Source: an uncultured Candidatus Actinomarina sp.
Lineage (GTDB): Bacteria; Actinomycetota; Acidimicrobiia; Actinomarinales; Actinomarinaceae
DNA: 64,000 bases
Direction of reading: 5' to 3'
NCBI GenBank assembly: GCA_902609285.1
Contig: CACLRL010000004.1
Span: 2,796-66,795, forward strand
Below the pieces are notes generated by a model that had not been told where the DNA came from, did not search any database, and worked only from the letters and a program-made list of their open reading frames with translations. Shown one piece after another: positions 40,968-50,237 of the stretch. The position numbers and the translations under genes are program-made. Position 1 is the stretch's first letter. Each line of letters opens with the position of its first letter.

Positions 40968-41834
40968 ATGGTATCTAAACGCCCAGAAGTATTACTGCTT
41001 GTAGGAATGTCAGGAGCTGGTCGCTCCGCAAGTGCTAATGTATTTGAAGACCTTGGGTATTATGTCATTGAAAATTTACCAACTAATCTAATTCAATCAG
41101 TAGTTGAGTCAAATGATGTTGCTGAAACAAACAAACAGTTAGTTCTCACAGTTGATGGTAGAGAATCTTCCGCGCAGAGTGAGTTAACAAAAAGTCTTGA
41201 TAAGCTAAGTCAATCAGGTGTTCTAACTAGAGTTATATTTTTAGATGCAGACAATGACTCACTCATAGAAAGGTATGAAGAAAATAGAAGGCCACATCCT
41301 ATGGGAAAGGATTCTTTAGACCAGTCCGTTAAAAATGAAAGAGAATTATTAAAGCCTATAAGAGAATTAGCAGATCTTGTAATAGATACATCAGACATGA
41401 ATGTTCATGATTTAAGAAAAAGAATTATTGAGGGTTTTCAGGGAACAGCAAGCAATCAAGATTTAAAAATTTCTGTAACTTCATTTGGATTTAAAAATGG
41501 ATCTCCAAGAGATGCAGACTTGGTATTGGATGTTAGGTTTTTACCTAACCCCCATTGGCGAGATGAACTTAGAGATTCCACAGGTCAAGCACCAATGGTA
41601 AGAAATTATGTACTTTCTTTTGAAGATGCACAGATATTTCTTGAAAAAACAAAAGATATGATTGATTTTCTTTTGCCAAGGTTTACCTCAGAAGGAAAAT
41701 CATACGTTGGTATTGCAATCGGTTGTACTGGTGGGAAACACAGAAGTGTAGTCATGACTGAAGAAATTGGGAAATGGTTAAAATCCGATGGTAAAGATGC
41801 TGTCATTATTCATAGAGATATGAAAGAAAATTAA
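40968..41834 (+). CDS. rapZ: RNase adapter / nucleotide-binding protein RapZ (YvcJ)
   Basis: P-loop GMSGAGRS, DVRFLPNPHW and IGCTGGKHRSV motifs. Confidence 0.9.
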   Translation: MVSKRPEVLLLVGMSGAGRSASANVFEDLGYYVIENLPTNLIQSVVESNDVAETNKQLVLTVDGRESSAQSELTKSLDKLSQSGVLTRVIFLDADNDSLIERYEENRRPHPMGKDSLDQSVKNERELLKPIRELADLVIDTSDMNVHDLRKRIIEGFQGTASNQDLKISVTSFGFKNGSPRDADLVLDVRFLPNPHWRDELRDSTGQAPMVRNYVLSFEDAQIFLEKTKDMIDFLLPRFTSEGKSYVGIAIGCTGGKHRSVVMTEEIGKWLKSDGKDAVIIHRDMKEN

Positions 41835-41891
41835 TATTTATAAAATTTTGATAATACTTTTTTGAAAAATTTATAAAAAAAGGATTTTAAG

Positions 41892-43064
41892 TTGGTAATA
41901 AATGCAGTGAGTGATAAAAAATATCTTGGAGATGTCCTTGTTAGATCAGATTTGAACGTACCGATGATTAATAATGAAATTAGTGATGATTTTAGAATTT
42001 CTAAATCTCTTGAAATTATTGATAAGATTTATGATTTTTCTCGTTCTATCACATTTGTTAGTCATTTAGGTAGGCCAAAGGGTAATGATTTGGATAATTC
42101 ACTAAGACCAATAGCTGAAAATATGTCAAAAAAACTTGATAACGGAAAAGTACATTTTATAAAAAGTATTTATGGTGATGATGTAAAAAAATCTATAAAA
42201 AATCTGAATTCAAAGATATTTCTTTTAGAAAACCTAAGATTTGATGAAGGTGAAATGAATAATAATATTGAATTTTCAAAATTAGTAACGAGCCCATTTG
42301 AAACTTATATTTTTGACGCATTTGGTGCTTCACATCGTCAACATGCGTCTGTAGTAAGTTTTGGCAATTTTCTTAATTCTTATCAAGGACCATTAATGAA
42401 TAAAGAAATTTCGGAACTTGATAAATTATTAAATAATGAAGAATCAGGTTATTCTGTTTTGTTGGGCGGAGCAAAAATATCAGACAAATTCGGTATAATC
42501 GATAAACTTTTACCAAAAGTTGAATATTTAATGATTGGAGGGGCAATGTGTTTTACTTTTCTTAAAGCAATGGATTATGAAATTGGGAAATCTCTTGTTG
42601 AAAATTTATTTATTTCAAAAGCAAAGGATTTAATCAATTCAAAATATGGAAAAAAGATTGTCTTACCTACAGATTTTGGAGTTACTGAATCTATTGAAAG
42701 CAATATTAGACGTGAAATCAAAAGTAATAATTTTTCTAAAAACCAAATAGGTATTGACATTGGACCAGATACAATTACTAAATTTTCAGAAATTATATAT
42801 TCATCTAAAAATTTATTTTGGAATGGACCTATGGGAATTTTTGAACTTGATCAATTTAGTCGTGGAACAAAGGCAATTACTCAAGCAATAGCTAAAGCGG
42901 ATGGATATACCTTTGTTGGAGGAGGAGATTCCGTGAGTGCTATAAACAAATATTCTAATCTAAATAACTTTAATCATGTTTCAACTGGTGGTGGGGCATC
43001 TCTAGAGTACTTAGATGGTAAAAATTTACCTGGAGTAAACATTTACAAACCACTTATAATTTGA
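41892..43064 (+). CDS. pgk: Phosphoglycerate kinase
   Basis: TTG start with AAGGA upstream. VRSDLNVP, SHLGRPKG and GGGDS motifs. Confidence 0.95.
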   Translation: MVINAVSDKKYLGDVLVRSDLNVPMINNEISDDFRISKSLEIIDKIYDFSRSITFVSHLGRPKGNDLDNSLRPIAENMSKKLDNGKVHFIKSIYGDDVKKSIKNLNSKIFLLENLRFDEGEMNNNIEFSKLVTSPFETYIFDAFGASHRQHASVVSFGNFLNSYQGPLMNKEISELDKLLNNEESGYSVLLGGAKISDKFGIIDKLLPKVEYLMIGGAMCFTFLKAMDYEIGKSLVENLFISKAKDLINSKYGKKIVLPTDFGVTESIESNIRREIKSNNFSKNQIGIDIGPDTITKFSEIIYSSKNLFWNGPMGIFELDQFSRGTKAITQAIAKADGYTFVGGGDSVSAINKYSNLNNFNHVSTGGGASLEYLDGKNLPGVNIYKPLII

Positions 43065-43831
43065 TAATGAAAAAAATAATTATTGGAAACTGGAAACTTA
43101 ACTTAGATCATTTAGAAGCTATCCAACTTTTTCAGAAATTAAATTACTCGTTAAATACTGATATAGACGAAAAAATCTCAATTGTTGTAGCACCATCTCA
43201 TACCTCTTTAAGATCTATTCAAACGATAATAGATGCTGATAAATTAAATATATTTTTATCATCCCAAGATGTATCAATGTTTAACGATGGAGCATATACA
43301 GGTGAAGTCTCGGCACATCAATTAGATAAATTAAATATTTCTTTTTGTATTGTTGGTCATTCCGAAAGAAGACTACATTTTAATGAAACAGATGAAATAA
43401 TAAATATAAAAGTAAACAATTTAATAGATAAAGAAATTACTCCCGTTATTTGTTTTGGTGAAAGTAATGACCAAAGGACTGACGGGAACTATATGGATTT
43501 TTTAATTAATCAGATTGAATATTCAACAAAAGGGTTAAGAAAAGATAAAGTAAATGAAATAATATTTGCCTATGAGCCAATATGGGCAATCGGAACCGGT
43601 CAGAATGCATCTCTTCAAGATATTGTGGAAGTTATTTCAAAAGTAAAAGAATTTATCTCCAAAAAGCCATTTTTTAATGAAGAAAAAATTAAATTTATAT
43701 ATGGTGGCTCTGTTTCTCCTGATAATTCTAACGAGATATTAAATTCAAAAATTGTTGACGGTGCTCTTGTTGGAGGTGCTTCACTTGATGTAGATAAATT
43801 TATAAAAATAATTGAATCTGTTGATTTATGA
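43061..43831 (+). CDS. tpiA: Triosephosphate isomerase
   Basis: GNWKLN, VGHSERR and AYEPIWAIGTG motifs. The start is TTG 43061 or ATG 43067. Confidence 0.95.
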   Translation: MIMKKIIIGNWKLNLDHLEAIQLFQKLNYSLNTDIDEKISIVVAPSHTSLRSIQTIIDADKLNIFLSSQDVSMFNDGAYTGEVSAHQLDKLNISFCIVGHSERRLHFNETDEIINIKVNNLIDKEITPVICFGESNDQRTDGNYMDFLINQIEYSTKGLRKDKVNEIIFAYEPIWAIGTGQNASLQDIVEVISKVKEFISKKPFFNEEKIKFIYGGSVSPDNSNEILNSKIVDGALVGGASLDVDKFIKIIESVDL

Positions 43832-44574
43832 ATCTGATTTTATTAAGACATGGTCAAAGCATTTGGAATCTAGAAAATAAATTTACTGGTTGGGTTGATG
43901 TTGAACTCTCTGACGGTGGGGTAGAAGAAGCTATAAAAGCAGGGAATACATTATTAAATAAAAAATATGTTCCTGATATTTGCTTCACCTCATATTTAAA
44001 AAGATCAAAAGAAACTGCAAATTTTTTATTATCTCAATATTCAGATGAAATAAAAAAAGATATCGAAATTGTGAATGATTGGACATTAAATGAGCGTCAT
44101 TACGGATCTTTACAGGGTTTGGATAAATCGGAGACAGCTAGTAAATATGGAGAAGAACAAGTACTGCTGTGGAGAAGAAGTTATGATACTTCACCTCCTT
44201 TAGCAACGGAAAATTCTGATTTTGATCCGAATAATGATAAGTTATACAAAAATATTAATGAAGATCTTCCATTAGGAGAATCCTTAAAAGATGTAGTATC
44301 AAGAGTTAAGAAAACGATTTCTATGATATTAGATCTTTCAAAAACAAAAAATGTTTTAGTAGTCGCACATGGTAATAGTATAAGAGCAATCCTAAAAATT
44401 ATTGAAGATATAAGCGATAAAGATATCATTGGTATAAATATACCAACTGGAATACCATTAGCTTTTAGTTATCAAGATGATAAACTATCTAAAATTGGAT
44501 ATCTTGGTGACCAGGAACAAATTATTAAATTACAAAAAGAAGTTGAACAACAATCTAGAATAAAAAAAGGTTAA
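43828..44574 (+). CDS. gpmA: 2,3-bisphosphoglycerate-dependent phosphoglycerate mutase
   Basis: LLRHGQSIWNLENKFTGW, NERHYG and VVAHGNSIRA motifs. Confidence 0.9.
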   Translation: MNLILLRHGQSIWNLENKFTGWVDVELSDGGVEEAIKAGNTLLNKKYVPDICFTSYLKRSKETANFLLSQYSDEIKKDIEIVNDWTLNERHYGSLQGLDKSETASKYGEEQVLLWRRSYDTSPPLATENSDFDPNNDKLYKNINEDLPLGESLKDVVSRVKKTISMILDLSKTKNVLVVAHGNSIRAILKIIEDISDKDIIGINIPTGIPLAFSYQDDKLSKIGYLGDQEQIIKLQKEVEQQSRIKKG

Positions 44575-44576
44575 AA

Positions 44577-44813
44577 ATGGATACAATTACAGCAGTTTTA
44601 ATATCAGTACATGTTGTCGTTTCAATAGCATTAATTGCTTTGGTTTTATTAAATAGCGGAAAAGGTGGAGGTTTGTCTGATATGCTTGGTGGCCCAGGAG
44701 CATCGGGAAATATTGGCCAAACTTTAGCTGAGAGAAACTTAAGTAGAATCACTGCATTTGTTGCTTTCCTTTTTGCTGTAACTACATTATCTCTATTTTG
44801 GTTTTTAGACTGA
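44577..44813 (+). CDS. secG: Preprotein translocase subunit SecG
   Basis: 78 aa with 2 TM helices and the glycine-rich loop LLNSGKGGGLSDMLGG. Confidence 0.85.
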   Translation: MDTITAVLISVHVVVSIALIALVLLNSGKGGGLSDMLGGPGASGNIGQTLAERNLSRITAFVAFLFAVTTLSLFWFLD

Positions 44814-44818
44814 TATTA

Positions 44819-44902
44819 GCGCGGGTGGCGGAACTGGTAGACGCGCAGGATTAAGGATCCTGTGGGGTAAAACCCGTGGAGGTTCGAGTCCTCTTCCGCG
44901 CA
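44819..44902 (+). tRNA. tRNA-Leu with anticodon AAG (A at position 34)
   Basis: Acceptor GCGCGGG/TCCGCGC. Anticodon stem CAGGA (44846-50) / TCCTG (44858-62) with the 7-nt loop TTAAGGA, giving anticodon AAG at 44853-55. The variable arm TGGGGTAAAACCCGT is long, and the T-arm is GGAGG-TTCGAGT-CCTCT. No CCA is encoded. Confidence 0.85.
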
Positions 44903-44909
44903 CATAATT

Positions 44910-45566
44910 ATGAATAAATCTGAAACTGTTGCCATAATAAATGATCCTGAAGTAACTTTAGGCCATCTTGAAAAAAGAAGCATAGTTACTTTAAATGCTT
45001 GGGAAATTAACTGGAATGATTTGAATCCAGGGTCAAATTATATTCTTTTAGGTGGTCACATGGGTGCTTATCAATCTAAGGAGTATCCATATTTAAAGAG
45101 TGAAAAAAAATGGATTGCTGAGGCAGTGAATACGAACATTAAAATTTTGGGGATATGTTTGGGCTCTCAATTAATTGCAGACTCATTAGATGGAGAAGCC
45201 TATCTGGCAGAAAATATTGAATTTGGTTTTAAAAAGCTTTCATTTCTTACATCCTCTTATGTTTTTGACGATTACAAAAATATAGAAATATTTACATGGC
45301 ATCGGGATACTTTTAAATTACCTTCAGAAGCTAAATTAATAGCTAAAACATCATTTCCCCAAATATTTACAATAAAAAAAACAATAGGAATTCAATATCA
45401 TCCAGAAATTACAGAAGATCTATTTTTAAAATGGTATGAGGGTGAAAAGACAAAGCAAGAGTTGGAAGAATTTAATATCGATAAGGAATATAAAAAATTA
45501 AAAAAAAACGAATATTTGATCTTCGAATCGGTTAATAAATTATTTGATAAATGGATCTCTACTTAA
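44910..45566 (+). CDS. Class I glutamine amidotransferase-like protein
   Basis: Nucleophile elbow ILGICLGSQLIA, and QYHPE near the C-terminal half. Confidence 0.7.
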   Translation: MNKSETVAIINDPEVTLGHLEKRSIVTLNAWEINWNDLNPGSNYILLGGHMGAYQSKEYPYLKSEKKWIAEAVNTNIKILGICLGSQLIADSLDGEAYLAENIEFGFKKLSFLTSSYVFDDYKNIEIFTWHRDTFKLPSEAKLIAKTSFPQIFTIKKTIGIQYHPEITEDLFLKWYEGEKTKQELEEFNIDKEYKKLKKNEYLIFESVNKLFDKWIST

Positions 45567-46140
45567 AAGGATCATTTAAAATTCTTTTTACATAATTATT
45601 AAGTACATCGTACCTGTCATCAATAGAATTAATTGAAAGTATTTCATTTCGCATTTCTAAAGACATAGGCAATTTTGTGCATAAATTCCAAAGACTCAGA
45701 ATTCGATTTTCTATATCAATTTCAAAATCTGGGATTTGCATATCTATGCCTTGCTCTATAAAAATACTTATTGCCTTTTTGATATTAGTTTGAAGATCTA
45801 TAAGTTCCTCTTCAGATGGAGGCAATCCAACATTTATTAATTCATCTGATTGGCATATAGGGTATTCTTTTGTGATATCTAAGTCTATAACTTTATAAAT
45901 GCCAACACATTCAACAACCACAAGTTGTTCTGCATTTGTTATATCTTGATGTTCAATGATTTTAACTTCTGAAACAATCTGTCCAACTGTTTCTAAATTT
46001 TTTCCTACACAAAATGTACTTTCATTATTTATACAATCACCAATTAATAGCAAATATCTAGGTTCGAATACTCTTAATGCAGATATTTCTGTAGGAAAAT
46101 AATTAATACCTGCACCAAAAAATGGGAATTCAACTATCAT
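45559..46140 (-). CDS. LON N-terminal (substrate-binding) domain protein
   Basis: N-terminus FPFF...ALRVFEPRYLLLI matches the LON-N pattern (FPL...L-x-IFEPRY). It is a stand-alone 193-aa protein. Confidence 0.65.
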   Translation of the reverse strand: MIVEFPFFGAGINYFPTEISALRVFEPRYLLLIGDCINNESTFCVGKNLETVGQIVSEVKIIEHQDITNAEQLVVVECVGIYKVIDLDITKEYPICQSDELINVGLPPSEEELIDLQTNIKKAISIFIEQGIDMQIPDFEIDIENRILSLWNLCTKLPMSLEMRNEILSINSIDDRYDVLNNYVKRILNDPFK

Positions 46141-46177
46141 AATTTCTGTTATTTAGGATAAAGGATAAATAAAAATA

Positions 46178-47224
46178 ATGAGAATTGAAGATGATATTAA
46201 ATTAACTTTTGATGATGTGCTTATTCGGCCAAAAAGAAGCACATTAGTTTCAAGATCTGAAGTGGTCCTTGAGAGAGATTTTAAATTTAAACATACTAGC
46301 GCAACATGGACAGGTGTGCCTATTTTTTCTGCGAACATGGACACTACTGGAACATTTGAGACTGCGATTTCTCTTCAGAACCACAATATGCTCACTGCAA
46401 TTCATAAATTCTATACTTTAGAAGAGTGGAAAAAGAATATTCATAATTTGGATCCAGAATATATTTCAGTAACTGTTGGTCAATCTCAAGAAGATTTACA
46501 GCTTGGTAAAAAAATTTTTGAGTTAAATGATGATATTAAATATTTATGTATCGATGTGGCAAATGGATATAGAGAAGATTTTGTAAATTCAGTTAAAAAC
46601 TATAGAGCAACTTTTCCAGAAAAAATTATTATTGCAGGCAATGTAGCAACTCGTGAAATGACTGAAGCCTTGATCCTAGCTGGTGCTGACATCGTAAAGA
46701 TTGGAATTGGTCCTGGTTCTGTATGTACCACTAGAAGTGTGGCAGGTGTTGGATATCCTCAATTATCTTCTATATCTGAATGTTCAGATGCTGCACACGG
46801 ATTAGGTGGTCATGTAATGGCAGATGGTGGTTGTAAATATCCTGGTGACGTTTCAAAAGCTTTTGGTGCTGGAGCTGATTATGTAATGTTAGGTGGGATG
46901 TTTGCTGGACATAAAGAGTCTGGAGGAGAATTAGTTACAGATGATGATGGTGAACAGTACAAAGATTTTTACGGTATGTCATCTACCAAAGCACAACAAA
47001 CTTATTATGGAGATCTTGCGGAGCATCGTGCAGCAGAAGGAAAAAAAGTAAGGCTTAAATACAAAGGTGACTTGGATGGAACTGTGCAGGGAATTTTAGG
47101 TGGCATGAGATCAGCTTGTTCTTATGTAGGAGCTAAAAAACTTAAAGACCTGCCAAAAAGTACTACTTTTATTCGTGTTACTCAAACAACAAATGAAATA
47201 TATACGGGAAGTGAAAACAATTGA
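46178..47224 (+). CDS. guaC: GMP reductase
   Basis: It is colinear with enterobacterial GuaC as I recall it: [23 protein letters not shown]..., [43 protein letters not shown]. Confidence 0.88.
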   Translation: MRIEDDIKLTFDDVLIRPKRSTLVSRSEVVLERDFKFKHTSATWTGVPIFSANMDTTGTFETAISLQNHNMLTAIHKFYTLEEWKKNIHNLDPEYISVTVGQSQEDLQLGKKIFELNDDIKYLCIDVANGYREDFVNSVKNYRATFPEKIIIAGNVATREMTEALILAGADIVKIGIGPGSVCTTRSVAGVGYPQLSSISECSDAAHGLGGHVMADGGCKYPGDVSKAFGAGADYVMLGGMFAGHKESGGELVTDDDGEQYKDFYGMSSTKAQQTYYGDLAEHRAAEGKKVRLKYKGDLDGTVQGILGGMRSACSYVGAKKLKDLPKSTTFIRVTQTTNEIYTGSENN

Positions 47225-47457
47225 ATATTGTAGTTTACTCAAAAAATAATTGTGTTTGGTGTGATAGGGCAAAAAATTTACTTAACTCAGTAAATCTTCC
47301 ATTTGATGAGATTGATTTATCAGATGATACTGAAAGGATTGAATTCTACAAAAAAATTGGAGAGGGTGTAAAAACAGTCCCACAAATTTTTATAGATGAT
47401 AAAAGAGTTGGAGGTTATCCTCAGCTTGTGACATGGTTCGAAGAAAATGGCATCTAG
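47221..47457 (+). CDS. Glutaredoxin / NrdH-like redoxin
   Basis: 78 aa with CVWC active site, TVPQIFIDD and GGY motifs. The TTG start overlaps the guaC stop. Confidence 0.7.
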   Translation: MNIVVYSKNNCVWCDRAKNLLNSVNLPFDEIDLSDDTERIEFYKKIGEGVKTVPQIFIDDKRVGGYPQLVTWFEENGI

Positions 47458-48352
47458 CGATTCATCCAAAACTGTATTTTTAGCTTTCTCAGTAAATTTT
47501 TTTATTGCCGGAATTAAGACAGTAATAGCTGTTATTACATCTTCGTCGGCTATGTTCTCTGAGGCGGTTCATTCATATGTAGATTCTGGAAATCAATTTA
47601 TTCTATGGTTTGGCATAAAACAATCAAAAAAACCAAATAAATTGCTTTACCCACTTGGAAGGGGAAAAGAGGAATATTTTTGGACATTAGTTGTTGCAGT
47701 TCTTATTTTTACTATTGGTGGTCTTATCTCCCTTGAGCATGGCATTGAGGCTTTATCGCATCCAAAGGAATTGAAAAATCTATTTATTTCAATTGCTGTT
47801 CTATCTGTGTCTATCGTTTTAGAACTTTATGTTCTATACAAAGCTGTAAAAGAGCTGAGAAGTAAAGCAGTTAATAAAGATTTATCTGTTTTCAAGCTTC
47901 TTAAAGAATCTACGGATGGACCATTGATAGCAATAGTTGTTGAAGATTTTGCAGCTACACTAGGTTTGGGTATTGCTCTTGTAGGAACAATTCTGGCAAA
48001 CATAACATCTAATCCTGTATTTGATGCTGTTAGTTCAATTATGATCGGTATACTTCTTATGGTTTCTGGTGTATTTCTTGGCTATGAAATGAAGCATCTC
48101 ATTACTGGTGAAAGCATCAATATAAAAAAACAAGAAATGATCTATAACATTATAAGTGAGAACGAGAAGATTAAAGAGATCAAATCTTTAAAAGTTATAT
48201 CAATTGGTGCAAATAAATACCTAGCACTTTGTAATTTAGATTATATTGACACAACTATGGATAATGAAATTATTGAAATTAATTTAGAATTAAAAAATGA
48301 GGTATGCTCTAAGTTTGATGAAATATCTGAGATTTACTTTAATCCTGCCTGA
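47447..48352 (+). CDS. Cation diffusion facilitator (CDF) family transporter
   Basis: About 6 TM helices, with HSYVDSGNQ in TM2 and a cytoplasmic C-terminal domain. Confidence 0.6.
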   Translation: MASSDSSKTVFLAFSVNFFIAGIKTVIAVITSSSAMFSEAVHSYVDSGNQFILWFGIKQSKKPNKLLYPLGRGKEEYFWTLVVAVLIFTIGGLISLEHGIEALSHPKELKNLFISIAVLSVSIVLELYVLYKAVKELRSKAVNKDLSVFKLLKESTDGPLIAIVVEDFAATLGLGIALVGTILANITSNPVFDAVSSIMIGILLMVSGVFLGYEMKHLITGESINIKKQEMIYNIISENEKIKEIKSLKVISIGANKYLALCNLDYIDTTMDNEIIEINLELKNEVCSKFDEISEIYFNPA

Positions 48353-48366
48353 TTTAATATTAGAAC

Positions 48367-48738
48367 ATGGAATTAAATAAAAAACATTTAAGTCAAGATC
48401 AATTTGAAGTTACTCAAAATTGTGGGACTGAACCACCATTTTCTGGTGAACTTTTATATGAAAAAAGAGATGGCATTTATAGTTGTGTAGTTTGTGATTT
48501 TGCTTTGTTTGAATCTGAAAAAAAATATGAATCGGGAACTGGCTGGCCAAGTTTTTATGATGCTCTTGAAGATACTATTACCACCAAAGAAGATAATTCA
48601 TACGGTATGAAAAGAATCGAAATTAATTGTAAACAATGCGACTCTCATCTTGGACATATTTTTCCTGATGGTCCTAGACCAACTGGTCAACGATACTGTG
48701 TAAATTCTTTAAGTCTTACTTTTAGTGAAAATGAATAA
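48367..48738 (+). CDS. msrB: Peptide-methionine (R)-S-oxide reductase MsrB
   Basis: [28 protein letters not shown] and RYCVNS motifs. Confidence 0.95.
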   Translation: MELNKKHLSQDQFEVTQNCGTEPPFSGELLYEKRDGIYSCVVCDFALFESEKKYESGTGWPSFYDALEDTITTKEDNSYGMKRIEINCKQCDSHLGHIFPDGPRPTGQRYCVNSLSLTFSENE

Positions 48739-49042
48739 AGCATATATTGACGAAGAATGCATAATGTGTTCAAATTATGGAAAATTTCTTTCTAATCGAT
48801 CATCCGATGTCTTAATAATGAAACAATCTGAATTAAGTATTGAAGATATAAAAAGAGATGAAATAGTTTACTTCAGAAATAATAAAAAATTTTACGGTGC
48901 AGAAGCATTTATCCAGTCGACGAGTGATTTGGGAGGAATATATAAAACTGTAATTTTGTTTAAAGTTTTTCCAAAATATTTCAGAGATGTTGCTTATAAA
49001 TTTGTAGCTGCAAATAGGCATAAAATATTTAAAAAAAATTGA
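48725..49042 (+). CDS. DCC-type thiol-disulfide oxidoreductase (DUF393-like)
   Basis: N-terminal D-x-E-C-x-x-C (IDEECIMCS), and a size and layout typical of the DCC family. Confidence 0.5.
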   Translation: MKMNKAYIDEECIMCSNYGKFLSNRSSDVLIMKQSELSIEDIKRDEIVYFRNNKKFYGAEAFIQSTSDLGGIYKTVILFKVFPKYFRDVAYKFVAANRHKIFKKN

Positions 49043-49254
49043 ACTTACCAAAATTTTTAGATAATAAATTATTTCGAAGTTTTATCTTGTTTTCTATATT
49101 CAGGGCAATTTATGGATTTTTCATTGTTATTTTTGCTTATTATTTTTCAAGAGAATACGATTTAAATTATTTTCAAACAGGTTTTATTTTTTTCTTTTCT
49201 GTTTTAATTTCAAGATTTGGATTTAAATATTTTAAAACTAAATTCAGTCTCTAA
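49039..49254 (+). CDS. Small membrane protein (71 aa)
   Basis: TTGA overlap with the upstream gene. Two hydrophobic helices. Confidence 0.35.
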   Translation: MNLPKFLDNKLFRSFILFSIFRAIYGFFIVIFAYYFSREYDLNYFQTGFIFFFSVLISRFGFKYFKTKFSL

Positions 49255-49726
49255 AATTTCCATAATTCAGATGAATATTAAAATCTTTTGATTTCAAGTG
49301 AGCAATAACTTCTTGTAACTCATCTCTTTTTTTCCCCGAAACCCTAACAGATCCATCTTGAATACTACTTTGAACTTTTTTGAAATTAATTTTTATTTCC
49401 TTAACGATTTCTTTAGCTATCTCTTTATTAATACCTGATTCTAAAAAGTAATTTCTTTTTGATTCAGATGGTGTTTTTTCGTCTTCGAAATTTGATAAAA
49501 ATTTAATTGATACATTTCTTTTTGCAAATTTTTCCTTAAGGACTTGATCTGCTGCATTCATTCTTTCCTCTGTACTACTTTTTATAGTTATGTTATTTTC
49601 ACTTAATAATGCAGTTGTATTTGTTCCTCTGAAATCATATCTATTCACAAGTTCTCTATTCATCTGATCCACAGCATTTGTTACCTCTTGCTTATCAAAT
49701 GTTGATGTAATATCAAAGGTTGGCAT
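49244..49726 (-). CDS. yajQ: YajQ-family nucleotide-binding protein (UPF0234)
   Basis: MPTFDITSTFDKQEVTNAVDQ...RYDFRG matches the conserved YajQ N-terminus. Confidence 0.9.
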   Translation of the reverse strand: MPTFDITSTFDKQEVTNAVDQMNRELVNRYDFRGTNTTALLSENNITIKSSTEERMNAADQVLKEKFAKRNVSIKFLSNFEDEKTPSESKRNYFLESGINKEIAKEIVKEIKINFKKVQSSIQDGSVRVSGKKRDELQEVIAHLKSKDFNIHLNYGNFRD

Positions 49727-49740
49727 GATTTAATTTTAAA

Positions 49741-50187
49741 TTACTTCTTATAATTTTGTCGGAGAAACTCATAACTAACAATTGATACAGAATTTGCTAA
49801 ATTTATACTTCTTGAGCTATCATTCATTGGGATTGCTAGCATATCATGATTTAGATTTAGTATTTCTTCTGGGAGACCTACTGATTCTGGCCCAAAAATA
49901 AAAAAATCATAATTTTTTAAGTTTGTGTCCCAAATATTTTTAGACCCTTTTGTTGATAGCATTGCTATATTATTATTTTTATTTTGCTCGTAGAAAATAT
50001 TCCAATTTTGAAAAATACTTACAGAGGCTAAATCATGATAATCTAGACCCGCGCGTCTAATCTTATTTTCTTGGAAATTGAATCCAAAAGGTTTTATCAG
50101 ATTTAATGGTAATCCCGTATTTGCGGACAACCTTATACACGATCCAACATTTCCAGCAATCTCAGGTTTGTACAAAACAATTTCCAC
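49741..50187 (-). CDS. trmL: tRNA (cytidine/uridine-2'-O)-methyltransferase TrmL (SpoU/TrmH family)
   Basis: IVLYKPEIAGNVGSCIRLSANTG and FGPESVGLP motifs, and a C-terminal trefoil-knot region (SINLANSV). Confidence 0.85.
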   Translation of the reverse strand: MEIVLYKPEIAGNVGSCIRLSANTGLPLNLIKPFGFNFQENKIRRAGLDYHDLASVSIFQNWNIFYEQNKNNNIAMLSTKGSKNIWDTNLKNYDFFIFGPESVGLPEEILNLNHDMLAIPMNDSSRSINLANSVSIVSYEFLRQNYKK

Positions 50188-50237
50188 ATAAATATTATAT
50201 TCCTATTCAACAGCCATTAGAGCAGTAAAATATTATT

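Noticed and set aside
44555-44752. A 65-aa antisense ORF across secG.
   Set aside because: It is opposite a well-supported secG with its characteristic glycine-rich loop. It is a shadow ORF.
46153-46344. A 63-aa minus-strand ORF overlapping the guaC start.
   Set aside because: guaC is colinear with known GMP reductases from its first residue, and the antisense ORF has no support.
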